Below, piece by piece: positions 12,701 to 27,100 of a stretch of 64,000 nucleotides of DNA. The stretch covers positions 4,409,404 to 4,473,403 of the forward strand of contig CAJFCJ010000007.1 in assembly GCA_904063045.1 (NCBI GenBank), in the 5' to 3' direction. The position numbers were made by a program, and so were the translations under genes. The notes beneath the pieces were generated by a model that worked only from the letters and a program-made list of their open reading frames with translations, was not told the DNA's origin and did no database searches. Position 1 is the stretch's first letter; every line of letters begins with the position of its first letter. The stretch is from Dimorphilus gyrociliatus. Its lineage: Eukaryota > Animalia > Annelida.

Positions 12701-15114
12701 AAGTGAGGATTTCCGAGAGAAGTAGTTAAATATAATCTATCAATATGTATAAAATGTAAAAATCCGTATTATCATTAATAATTATATTAATAAATTAATT
12801 AATATTTCTAAATTAATCATATAGTGTTTTTTACCTAAAATTATCGTTATACTCTATTTCAGTATCGCCAACTCTAATAACGGTATTTCCACCTCTCATG
12901 TAAGTGTTTCTTGATAAAATAGGTCCTAAAGACGGATCTAGGACTTCTCCTACTTCTTGTAAAAGAACCCATTCTCCAGTTCTCAGTGCTCTTTCAATAG
13001 TTCTCATGTAATTTGAATCGGCAGCCTGTAGAACTTTTAGTTCAGAGCCCTTTCTTCTACTAAGCCATCTAATTAACAAAAGGACAAGAACTTGTTAATA
13101 ATAAAGCTGTAAATTAGTTAAATAATAAGGTTTAAAGAGATTTACTTGAAAGCTTGCCCTTGCGGATCAATTAACAGAGACCATTTTCTGCTATGTTGCA
13201 TTATGATAGCGTTTTCAGTTGAATGACTATCTAATGGTACTCCTTCATTTTGCCATAATAATATCTGATTTTCAGTAACCATATTCTTAATCAAAGAATA
13301 ATTCTTTGAAATAGGTATTTTAAATTGTCTACACAATTCCATCCAAGTTTCTATTAATTTCGCTCTAAACATTGTATCGAATGCTCCTAAATAGGCTATA
13401 GAACTTGCCGAAACTAACGTATCACCTACGAGACTCTCTAAACGTTTCTCTAAGCTTGCAACAGATTCTAACCATCTTTCTTTCTCATTTGAAAGTGCAG
13501 TTATTAGAACTGATGCTCTTTTTAAACGAAGACCAGTTAGAACCTTTCGTTGCTTTAATTCTTCCCTTTGATTAACCGAATCTTCGTACTTGAAAAATAA
13601 AAAAAGAAAATGTCAAATATACAATATAACTCTATGAAAGCAACAATGACAAAAAAGAAAACTCTTCTTTGTACTTCCGGTTAAGATAAAGAGAACATTT
13701 CTTAACAATTAATTTGCAAAAGCAATACAAAATTATCATTACTTGCTTGTTCAGCATTTGTAGATGTTGTGTAATCTTCGCTAAGCTAGCTTGTTTCTGG
13801 GCTAAGTTTTTTCTGGCTAATTCAAGAGCTTCTCGGGCTTCGTCGCATTTCTTTTGCTTCGGTTTCGCCATCTATCGTTGTTGAAGAGTAAATAAATTTA
13901 TTTTCTCATTTTAATTAATTAATAGAATAGGAAGAAACCGTTTAGGTTCCAGATTAGAAAAAGGGATAAAGTATAGAGAGGAAGCATAGGTGAAAACTCA
14001 CTTTATGAACTTCATAATATCTCTGTAAGGCTAGTACCCACATACATAGAGATTTACAAGCTTTCGACACTAATCCAACCTTTTCTGGTGTAAAATTGGG
14101 ATGACCAGTGAACCTCTTTAATCTTTGGAAAATCTAATTGGAGTTAAAAAAAAAATTAAATATCGTAGAGTAACTCCATCTACCGGGTAGTATATGAAAC
14201 ATCCTATTAATTGATAATATTTTGTTCTATTGACTAATTGATAAATTATGATAATAAACTAATTATCAAGTTAAACGTTAGATTGAAACGCTCATTGCCT
14301 GCGGTAGGTTTGTGGTACATAAATTATATAAATAATATAAAGAGAATATCTTAAAACCGGCTTACAGATTCTCCAATTGAATCTCGATCGAAATTTAACA
14401 ATCTATTTAGGAAATTCGATTCTCCAATTATCTTCTTTGAAGTTCCCCAATCAGTTTTCTCCCCTAACAGAACACCGACAGCCGACATAACGATCATAAC
14501 CAATTCCGGAGGATTTGTATAAACTCTAAAAGAAAACAAGAGAAAAAAGACAGTTTTAATAAAGATATAATAATATCTCTAATTAGGTAATTAATTGTGC
14601 ATTGTATATTTAAATATACTATATATAGAATTAAGATATATTGAAAAAAAACTCGTCTAGTAGTTTCTAAATTATTGATTTTCTAATTTATATAATTTCA
14701 TACAAGTCTCTATAACTTAGTCCTATGTAAAGTTATAGATTGCGTAATAGATTTACTTTTTACGTCATATTAGCTTTGATGAATAACTATTAACTGAAGT
14801 TTAAAAGGGGCTAATAATTGATATTTGATTTAGCCTATAAGAACGTTTAAGAGAAAGATAGAGAGAGAGAGAAAGAGAAAGAGTTCGATAAAGTATGACT
14901 TCATTCTCTCTTTTATTATTGTATTATTGATTAACGATTACAGGAGGAAAATTTCTATTTTTACTTTACTCTTTAGATGAATGAATGTATGAAGTTGTGA
15001 ATGAGGCCTATATCTAAATAAATCATGTCCTTAAACTTTAAATGCACAACAAAAGTTGCTATTATTATTAACAATCATTCATTATACACATGTATTACAT
15101 ATATACTGATTCGT

Positions 15115-15178
<64 letters not shown>

Positions 15179-18100
15179 ACTACCTTAGATCATATTAACA
15201 ATAGGTTATTTGTTCTAAAAAATTTAATAAAGGAATCGCAACGTTAGGTAAACATGGAGTATAAACAATCTATTTATATATTTATGTGGAATGTATACAA
15301 CATATAAATTGACAGCTGCGGTAGTCTTTATATATATATATATATTTATCGGAACAATACTATAGAATATAAGAAAAAAATTGGCCAATAAGCATACAAC
15401 ATACACTCATTTTAGTGTCTTTCCCTGTGCGAGTGCGCACGCTTACTGCTTACGCAACTTATGACTAATCTTTGTAAAATTGATTAATATAGGGCAATAG
15501 AGAGTGTAAGAGAGAGAGATCGGAGAGAAGAGGAAGAGATAGGGAAACGGATAAAGTAGGAGGAAAAATATCTAGAACTTTAACTATAACATACTATTTA
15601 CATGAGTATTTGTTTCTGATTCAGTTTTATGGCGGACTTAGAGATTGAACTAAGAGCTGTTGCTCGATCTTTAACACCTTTACAGGGATTCAAACTATGC
15701 TGTGATTTGGATGATAAAACTAATAAACTATTGGATATTGAAGTTGATGAAAAATTGAGAAAAGCTAAAACTCTCGTCGAAGCGTACAATAACATTCCAT
15801 CAACGTCGAAAGCAGATAGAGGATATTATTTATTACTTAAAAAATGCCGTGTATATCTACACCTAAGTCGTCGACAACTTTTAGTGCCTGAAATTGCTCG
15901 TTATTTAACAATTGGACAATGTCTCTCGGTAGCCATTGATTTGGGAATGAATAGAGATAGAGTAGAGAAATTATTATTCGGATGGTCCTCATTAGCAACT
16001 CAAAAAACATTAAATAGATGGTGGACTGATAACGTTCATATATCCGAGGAGACTAGAAGATCGAGATTATACGCGGCAGTTATGAAAGTTTGCCTAAAGA
16101 AATAGCCATTTTTCATATATTATATTGAAAAGAGACAGAATGCAAGACAAATAAAAATTAGGTATTGTTTTCTTTTGCTGTGTAACAAATATATTTATAT
16201 ATATAAATCAAATTTTCATGATTTTTGTATATTTCTCCTTTGTCTAAGTATTAGATCAATTATTTATCTTGTTATGGTACTGTCCATATTTTTGTACCAT
16301 ACCGTCTAAAACCAAATATTAGCGCCTAGCTACTATATACACATATATTGATAAAAAACACCACTATACGTTTATACTGTATATAGTATATATATATATA
16401 TATATATACTGTATATACATAATAATATATTGAAGTAAAGCATATGTAAGTGATACAATCGTATTTGAAAGATGATAAAGCTATATGTATTTTTCTATTG
16501 ATATAAAGGACAAGGAGCGGCGTAAGGACTAGTGATGTTTATTAATAAGTGTGGTTATAATTTTATAATGTTATTTATATAAATTGAATAGTTTAACTGC
16601 CTTGTTATGTGTTTTTTTTATTGAATTTTTATTATTGATAGATAGAGAATTTTTAAAATATGAGATTATACTAATTCATACAACCGCTAAATACTGAGAA
16701 TTAAACAATTATCTACTAACGCCATCTAGCATTATAGCACTTAATTTTTCACCTTATCCATATATTGATGGTTATATTTGTCATTGAAAAAAAAACTGGC
16801 TTAGTCTTCCTCTTATTAATACAGGATTACAGACAGTATAGTGATAGACTTGATCCAATGTTACATTTTTGATTGATTACAATTATTATAGTAATAAACA
16901 GATGATGTATAAAGTATTAACTATAAAACTTAATAGCTATTTGAAATATCTATATATCTATATATTCAGGATATAGTTTTTATTTATTTAACATTTATGG
17001 ATGTAGGTTGCTAGTTAAACAAACTAAACTATACCAACTTAAATAAATACTACTTTTTAAATTAACTCTGTTATAATAACCTATATATTTTAAATAATAT
17101 GATATTTACTTACCTAACTTCCGATATATCATTTTTATCCAAAGCGTTTAGAGCTTGTAAAGCAGATTCCAAAAGAGGAAGAACACTTGCCAGATCATTA
17201 TGACATTCCTGTAAATTAGAGAGAATATAAGCTATAATGTTAATCTATTTTCACTAATCATGCTTACATCAGCGTATTGTTGAACAACATTTGTCTCTTT
17301 TTGCATTACAGCTTCCTCAGCTTCAACAATTTCTCTTACTTGATCAACGGCTAGTTGATCCTTTTGTAATTGTTCTAAAAGAATTTCTGTATCTTTCGCT
17401 TTCTGATCAATTTTTGGGCCTAGTAGTACTAATTCTTCTTGCATTGTTCCAACTAGTTCATTAGCCTCTGATAATTTACTTAAACCGTTTAACAATCTAT
17501 CTCTGTCTCCACATAAACTTTTCTTCTGATCGTAAAGCATCTTTTCGTAAAGACGTATAAGTTCCATATAAGATGAAGGTGTTACATAAAGTTTCCTTCT
17601 TCTTTCTTCGAAGAAGTTAAATGTCTCGTGTTGAACTGATTTATGAATTTCCACGCAAACTTGACCAATAGCATATTTCAATTCCTAAATTAGACATTTT
17701 AACATTTATTATTATTATTATTATTATTTTATCAATTATCTCGCTCCTTACATTCTTATCTATTTCGGGATTGGCAATCAAATCAGCATTTTCAACATAT
17801 GCATGCGCGACGTCTAACATTGCCGATGTATTCCACTCATCGAACCAGTCAATAGTGCAACAAGCTATTAATGATGGATTCATTCTTGTTCTTTGACGAA
17901 ATTTTGATCCAGCTGGTGACATTGCCAATACAACGTGCATATTTCTTCTAAATCTCTATAAAAAGTTTATTTAAAAGATTTAATTCTGTTTGCTTTTAAA
18001 AAGAATAATAAGTTTATCACCTTGATAAAAAATGCTGATAAAGCAACTCTAGTGTCGGTAATATTTGCTTCTGAAGCTGGTGTTTTTAAATCCATAAGAA

Positions 18101-21100
18101 TACCATCCATTTCTTCATTGTCGAATAGATCAGGTACTTCTCCACTATTTAATATACAATTTATATCTTCTAAGAATGATTCATGAACAATATCAGAGTC
18201 TGTTAATAGGAATACGGTATTTTCTCCGTGAACTCCTGCCAATTTATAAACTTTCTTTAAATCTTCTCTAAAATCAGATAACGCGTAATTTCTAGTTAAA
18301 TTCAATGTAAATAATTCAGCGTTAGCTACGAATGATGCTAATTTAATTGTTGTAGATTTTCCAGTACCATCCAATCCAACTAGAAGCATATGACCACCCG
18401 GTGATCTAAAAACTCTAGCAGCTCTTAAAATATGTTCAGTAGCCTCTTTAAAGAAGACTATTTGCTGGGCATTAGTTGTTCCAATACTCTGCCTGATGTA
18501 AAGTTCCTCCAGAGTTAATCTTAATTTGCTTTTATCAACAACAGATTTATAACTTCTAACTGTTGTCGAATCTTTAACGGAATCGGCAAAATCAGTAAAA
18601 AGTATTGGGTCGTTCTGTAGTTTGACTGCTTCCCATTTTACTTTAAAGAAATCGTGTAAATTATCGGCCAACATTTTGAAGAATAAAGCTCTATCATCTA
18701 AATCAATAAGGCGATCGTGAAATACTCTCGTTGCTTCGTGAGCGAATAGAAGAGCGCATTGTTCAAGGTTCACAACTGATACTTGGTCGGCGTTCATCAG
18801 ACCCTTTATTACAGATGCTAAATCTCTTATATTAAACGTATAATGACTTTTGCTCGGTGTTGGTCTCATACTAAAGCTGGTTCTATAATAAATTCCAATA
18901 GCTGCTGACACAAGCGGAAATAGGCATTCTTTCACTTCTGATAGGAAATCGTTCTCGTTAAAGAACTTCCCTAGTTGAACTTGAAAGATATGTTGTAATG
19001 ACCTTGTAGATGGCGTTGGTAAGGCTAGTATTCTAAAAATAAAATACATATTTGGTACTTTTATTTCAGTGGTGTTTTTTTTAATTACAACTTACGAAAA
19101 ATTCTTTAAAAGTCTATGAGATAGTGAATTTCTCCCTCCACCAGGTGGAGCGCACGCTGCGATAACTGTTACATCTGTTATATCTCTCCAAGATAATTTT
19201 TTTGTATCGTAGAAACCATTCAAGTCAATAAATTGTCTGAGAAGTTCTAAGGGAGGTTGTGAGCCATACTCTTCCATTGCAGGCATGTTTAGGTCGTCGA
19301 TGAAAACTAGTACTTTACGACCTTTAGGAGCACCTAGCATATCTTTACCCTTTTTAATTAGTTTCTGAATAATAGCCTGTTGCGTTCTATCTGCTGTCGT
19401 TTGAGCACTTAGTTGAAGAAATGACGTTACTAATCCAGGAACATTTTGCGATTTTGGACGAGATCCCAGCATTACATCCAGAGCGCTATCATCTATGAAA
19501 TGTAAATGTAATGAAAAAAATTTTAACAGTTATAAAGCTGTTAAATAACACAGCAAACCTTCGTCAGTCATTTTCGTTAGCAGGCTTATATTGTCTAGCA
19601 AAGCCTGATTCCTTTCGGTAAAGTTAAATACATTTCCAAGTAAAGATCCACTTCTAAAGGTTGTACCATTATCTTTAGAAAGTTGATTAAGAGCATAGTG
19701 GACTAAAGCCGTTTTTCCTACTCCTGAATCGCCAGTTATAAGAACAGGATTTTTTCCCAGGACTAATAAAGCCGATAGGAAAGAATATCTTACACTATCA
19801 ACTGTAGGAACTATTTCTCCACCATCGTCAGAAAAGGATATCCCTCTCTCAATTAGCTGATTTGTTGCTGGAACTAGATTATCCCATGGTATAAAATTAC
19901 CTGAATCCAAATCTATAAAAAAGCTATATATTGTCTTTACAGAAGCTGGAAGCCGAACACCCAAAGGAGGTTCTACTTCGAATAATTCTCTAACAAAAGT
20001 ATCAAAGTCTGATGCAACGTCGACATCATCTTTTTCTCTGATTCTCATCCCTAAATCATCGTCCAAATCGTCTTGTCTTTTCAAATTTCCACCAAACGAC
20101 CAAGTAAAAGCGAAAACAAACAGTTTTCCAAGAATAACTGTTAAATTTCCAGGATTTCGATTCAGATAAAATTCTTTTTGCCTTAAATTAAAAAGAAAAT
20201 ACATAAATGATCAATATAAATCATATTTAAAGCCAGATAGTTACTGTGCTTTATCAGCCTCCTCTTGACGTCTCAAATCCCTTTTTGATAGTGTTCTCCT
20301 AGGTTTTGGAGGTTCATATGATTTTATATCTGTACTTGTCGATTCATCATCATCTGCTGAACCGAAACCTCCGTGTGTTTTCATAAATTCAAAGAAGGAA
20401 GTCAGTATGTGGCAAAGACAACATACAGCCGACATGTCTGGAGCTGGAATACTTTGGAATTTTCTAAATTTTCTTAAAAAGTTCAATCCTTTCTCTATAG
20501 CATGATTGAAAAGAGCCAACAAATGTTTCTTTCCAGCTTCTGGTAATTCTTTGGGTAATTGTGATAACCATGTATTAACGTAAGGCTTCCAGCCAAGATC
20601 GACAGGGTCCTAAAGAAAACAAAGATTTTTTCGTTAAAAGTGGTTAAACGAGCTGTAAGGGTTGTTTACCATATAAACCATAGCACAACGACTTATTGTT
20701 GCAGGGCTAGCTTGGGATAGGTAATCCACTTCAAACATAATTCTCATTCCATTTGGTAGACCAATTCTTTCTCCATTAGCCAAACATAGAACTTTAGAGT
20801 CATCTAGAACTGTATTTAAATTCTCAACCCACATAGTGTCAACTGGTCCATCCAATATAATCCACTTCCAATCAGTTGGCATTGCATCGGGATTACCTTC
20901 GAGAAGGGCCATTTGATGGACAAGTGCTTGTCCAGCCGAAATACTTGTCATCTCACTGCCTCTCCGAGATACGCTTCCTCTGGCTCCCTGATTCATGATG
21001 GACGAGCGACGCCTTGTAGGATCGATAGGAGTATAATTATCTTCCAAATCGCCGAGCTGAAAAAATTAATTACTTCAGAGAAGACTATATAAAGTAAGAA

Positions 21101-24100
21101 GTAGACATATACATCGTCGGATTCAGTTTTTGTACTCTGAGCTTTCTGATCTTCCACATTTATTGAATCTCTAGCAAATTTTCGAGTTGCCGATGCAATA
21201 AGACCGTCTGTCCATTCAAAAGTATTCGGATCAGTTTCTCCATATAACTCTCCTAATTTGACGCATTTAGGATTAATTGTAAAAACTTCCACATGGCCTT
21301 TTTTCGCTCTATTATGCTGAAGGAGATCAAATAATTACTTGAATAAAAGAAACTTTATTCCTAAGATCTACATACAAAGAAAACGCTATGTCGTCTATTG
21401 CTAGAACCTGTACTGGCTATACTTTTAATATCTTCATCCTCATTTTCGGAAAGAGTTGGAAGCAGAACTAAGGCTCTTTGGAGTAACGATCTTACTGTTG
21501 TTTTACCTCCACCAGTTGGACCAACCAACATAATACCATGCCGAACCATAATTTGTGAATATAGTTGTTTAACTTTTTCTATTTGCGATGGCCACAGTTG
21601 TAAATTTTGTTCTCTAACAGCCATTGATATAGCCTTTTCAATTGTTCCTAAATCTTGCGTAGGAACTGTAATACCTGGGAATAAATCAGCCATAATTGAT
21701 TCAAATAAAGGTACGTCTTCAGCTAAGAATTTAGGCATATTTGCATCTCTTAACGAATGTATTAAAATATGAGCTTCTTCCTCTTCATTGAGAACTTTCT
21801 TCTTTCCCCTGAAAGTAGAGATAAGTATAGTAAAAGTGATTAATACATAGTTTAATGCTTATATAAAAAAAGAGATAAAAATCTAACTTAGATTGAGCCT
21901 GTCTTTTCTTAATACCAGCATAAACAAGAACAGATTTTATAGCTCTCATTCCAAAATCATAGTGATCTTGTTGGGAAAGTTGCTTAGAAGCTAATTGGTA
22001 AAGGTTAACGATTTTAGTAGAAAGACTCTTGGCTGCCGTAAATCCTTCGGAAAAGAGCATAATTTCGGCGATAAGAGCATAATCTGGTACCATCATGGCT
22101 ACAGGTCTAAAAAGAGCTTTTAAATTATCTGGAAGTTCCACTCTTCCAGCGTATGTGGGATTCATAGTAATAAAAATACCACAAGTAGGATTTAATTTGA
22201 TTTCCCTGCCCTCGAACATAAACCTTGGTGTTTGCATATCTTTTGCAACTTTTATTGTATGTATTTGTTGAGCAACGACCGATAAAACTTCAATATCAAT
22301 TCTATTGAATTCATCAAAACAGCACCAACTCCCTGACTGTGACAGACCAGAAAAAAATTTTCCCAGCATCTTATAATCAAGACCTTCAGAACAATTAAAG
22401 ACGACGCATTGTTTGCCCATAGATTTGGCTAAATCCTTAACTGTTTCAGTTTTACCAGTTCCTGCAGGCCCAGCAGGTGAACCTCCTAAATTAAGGGATA
22501 GAGCTCCAGTTAAAGTCAAATAGCATCTGTCAGTTAAAGGTGTGATGACCAAACGAGGCGAGCATCCCAAATATTCATAGCCATAGCTAAAAATAGCATT
22601 TGATTGTCTTACATTACAATTATTCTTTGTTTCATCCCATTCGTATCTTAATTGCCTAATGAAGTCAATGAAAAAATTAGAATTTTAATTAATGAATAGG
22701 TTTAGTATTACCTTGCCCATTCAAAATCTTCTCTTGAGCAAACGTTTAAAGCAATCAAATCGTTTATAATATCTCTATTGTGAACATCTAATGTTAATAA
22801 AGCGTTCACGGATAATCTCCTGAATACTATTAGATTTTGCGAAACCAAATTAGCCAAAATATTTAAATATTCCACCATCTTTTCTTTTAATTTAATTAGT
22901 TCACTCTTTGCATCGGCTGCTCCATTTAAACAATGTATAACATCTTTATTAAACATTATTTGAGCCTATTAAATAGAAACGAAAATTAAAGATGTAACGT
23001 ATTGTATAGTTCATATATAGATATAGATATTTAAATTGTTGATGATTACGAACCACTGTCAACACAACTTGACCTGGATGCTTAAGAACCCATTCTTCGT
23101 GAGAAATACCAACCCAATCCTGTAGGCCAGCTTTTAAATGTCTTTTAACAGTATCAAACATTCCATTTTCAACACTTCCCAGCCATTGTTCAACAGGACC
23201 TCTTGCTCTTAGATTTCTAGGGGGAAATTTGTATATGAATTTTCAGAATTATGAATATTCATAGAATAAAATAAAATACTTGGGCATTTCGATAGTTTCT
23301 CCTTCTGCCGATGTCATTGTTTTTACAGTGGCAGGTTGCCTAGGTGCAGTTCTTATCTCTAATTCTTTTATATTACCGAAACATTTACCAAGATGAGGTT
23401 GAACTGCATCGGGATTCTTTGATTGGGCGAGAATATCGAGTAACTCGTCATTACTAAGAAAGTAGAATCTTGGAAAGACCAATCTCTTCGTTTCAAGATA
23501 GTCCTCCAAACACTTTTGAACTTTTTCCAAATTCGTATTGGCTGCTTGTAAAGCTTCAAGAACGCCGGGAGCAGTTGCTGATTTCAAAGCATTTGGTGAG
23601 TCTTCCGTCTTTCTCATAATATCTTTCCAACTCTTATCAACTTGTGCAAACAACTTGAATTCATTTGGTAATTGTCTTTGTATATCGGGTGTTGTGAAAA
23701 TCTGTTCAAGATATAACCAATTTCTTTGACAAGTCATCCACTCGTCCAAAGTTCTTGCGAATAGATTTAGACGCCTCTCCCAATCTTCTACTTGATTTTT
23801 TATTGGTCCAACATATCTAGATCCTCGAATAGTTCCAATTGTTATCTATTTATTTAGTAGAGACAATAATTATATCTGTGAATTTGTTAATTTCCTATAT
23901 TCTATTTTGATGATACCTGACTCTCTTCCAATTGAGCTTGAATATCCTCTGCTCCGGCAATAATAACAACGCTACCGCTGACGTGAGGAAGGAGACGGAA
24001 CATAGTAGATTGCCAGAGATCAACAACTTTTTGGAGCATTCTTTCAAGAGTTGCTTCGTTACTAGCAGTAGTTGAAATATCTTGAATTTTTTCCTTAAAT

Positions 24101-27100
24101 TTGGTGATTTTCATCTCAATAAGATGACCAAGAGTAAACTCCTTATCTTGCCAAATGTTTTTACCGATGAGTTGTTCAATTTGATTCCAATGCCGTTCTC
24201 TTAAGGATGGATTCCTTAAACTTACAATAATAGGCATTATTAATTTGAAGTTCATTACTTTCTTTTTCAATTTTGGTACTAAATCATTAGAAGGCAATCC
24301 TTTTTCAAGCATATAAACTGTTTGAGTGAATCTATTAACATTCTTTTGCAAATGTTCTACAACAAGTGTATCGAATGTTGAAACAGTCCACTCCGCTTCT
24401 AATTTATCCCACTCCCATAAAGATTCCCAGAGTAATTTCCTCAGCATTAGATCTCTTTCGATATCGGACAAATCCGTTTGTAGATCTTGAGTAGAACTTT
24501 CTTCTTTTTTTTCTATAAGAGCAAATTCATCTTTCTTAGAAGGTTGTAAAGAGCTTCCAAATCTATAAGAAAGATAGAAAAAATATAGGATATTTATAGA
24601 TATACTTTGACAATTGATAGTTGTCATTTTACCTTTCTTGATAATTTGCATAATTTCTAGTCTTAACTTGTAAATTGGTGACTTCTTCACTCATTAATTT
24701 AATCTTTTCTAAGGCAACTTTTCCATGGGTATCCTCCGCTAATAAATAAGGATCTTGAACTCTTATCTTCATATCAATAATCTTATTTCTTATTCCAGAT
24801 ATTAAAGTGTCTAGTTCACTACTGAACTTTCTTATATTATCCTCTTTCTTTGCTTCGGCCCACAATAGAGTTGTTTTAAGATGTTGGAAAGATGGTCCTA
24901 ATATTTGATAAAGAGCAAATTCCTCTGCATCTACTTCAACATCAAAATCTTTGGCAATAGCGTACAATTTGGTAACAATATGATATTCCCTCTCAAGATT
25001 ATTCATTTCTGCACTCATCTTTGCAGTGAAAGAGAGATATTCAACAAATTCTTCCACATTCAACGGGGTTCTATCAAGAGTTTTCAAAGCCCTTTTAATA
25101 ATTTTTAAAAGCTCTTCATTTCTCTTACAAGCTATGCCAGGTAATCGACAAATGACATCATGGATAACTGTTCTTGGAAAAGGAAGACAATTCTGGCAAA
25201 AGTTTTCACTTTCAACTTGAATAAAACCTATACGTCGTTCTCTTTCCATGGCAAGCATTTCTCTCTCTTGATCAGTATGTATCGACAGGACGTTATTAAA
25301 GTCATCTGTTGTCCATTCTCTTTTATCCATTGACTCTCCAACTTTAACGTGTCTTGCTTGTTCTACCATATCGGTGAATGTATCAAATTGTACAGAATAA
25401 TCTATCACAGTATTCAAATTAGACTCAACACATTCAATTACACCAGTTATTGTAGCTTGAAAGTCTAGGTCAAGTCCAAAGACAAGATCTGTATTAGGCC
25501 AAGGAGGTTCAATCACTCCTTCTTCCTCTTCGCGCTTCTTTTCTTCTTCGTATTGGGAAGTTAAATCGTATTTCGGTGGCATGTAAAAAGCTTTCAGACG
25601 AGGATTTTTTAACAGAGAGACAACTTGGCCGACAGTATTTTCAAATCCAGCAAGGACATTAGAAATACCTTCTTTAATTTCATCTTCACTAGGTGAAAGT
25701 GTTACGTGAGCGATTTGCTCTGCATTTTCCGATTCTTCTTCAGTGCGGCTACTCTCAGGATAAGCATAATTTTCATTTCCAAAACCCTCATCTTCTTCAT
25801 CTTCCTCATTCTCATATTTTTTCTCATCCTTCTCCGAATCGGATTCGTCGCTTACGGAATCAACAAATTTGACACTTTTCGCTTCAGTTTTGTTAGTTAT
25901 TTTTGATACTTTTGATAATTTTCTCTTTTTAACTTCTACCGGAACTGTCAAGACTAACTGAACACTAATTATAGGTTTATTTTCCTCAACAACCCTCTTT
26001 TCATCATTAAGTTCCTTAATAACCTGAAATTAAATTAAGATAATAAAATATTGAATAAAAAACATGGAAATAAATAAATTAATAAATTAATAAAATAGTA
26101 AAATAATCTATTTCTTTACTTGGTCAATAAAATTCAAGCTTTCAACGTTTTCGCTACGTTCCGTTTCCGATCGAGGAGAAGGTAAAGGCGATATCGTATT
26201 TTGATAACGACTTAGACGGCTAGTCATTGATGGAAGAGGAGTTGCCGGTGTTGTTCTTTTAAGTGAAGGTGATCTAGTAGAAAGTTATTGAACAATGAAA
26301 TAAAAAGAAATGACTGTGACAAAAAATTGTTCTTAAACGAAATTTAAGTGAATAAATTTGTTTTTTTAAAAAGAAAAAGAGCAATATCAAGTTGAATAAC
26401 TTACTCTTGATCAGCAGCGGATAGGAAGGATCTAATTGTATCCCTTTCTTCTCTATCAGAGTATCCAGTGACATTTTGAATAGATATCTACAATTGATAA
26501 ACGATATATTAGTATATTTAATATACAATTAAATATCTTTCGAGTATGCAAGCAAATAAATCTATATTTAATAATATAAAGAGGATAGATGAAAATATTG
26601 GAAAACTCTGATAATCTTGAAAACTTGACTCTAATAAATTTATATTTATGCTTGAGAGATTGCTTGTAATAGTTTTTGTGCTATTTATAATAAACAAAGA
26701 ACTACGGCATTTATACTTTACTTTTGGTATTATGAAGTGAAGCTGAAAATATGTATTTATTAAGTTTTCATAATTAATTTCAATCATTAAACACTGCCAT
26801 CTGGTTTGTACTTTTTCAAGTATTTTATTATTAATTCCAACTAATTAAATAATAAATATTGTACTGATAATACAGTAGACAGATGGCGCAACTTTAATTA
26901 TTTAATTATTTCAAGAAGTTAGAATTTTAATACTTACTCCATCATTTTGCTCTTGTAGAGATTTTTCCGTTTGTTCATTTCCGGTTTTGAAGGATTCTAA
27001 GAAAAAGTCTGACATTTCAGCACCAGCTGTAACAACTAATCTCCTAAGTAATTCCAATACTTGATAGTCAATAGCACGGAGGAAGAATGATAATCTATGA

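Noticed and set aside
7169-25906. Plus-strand ORFs overlapping dynein exons (7169, 7278, 11051, 12361, 21398, 23538, 24905, 25026, 25706)
   Set aside because: Antisense shadows of dynein coding exons with no recognisable motifs.
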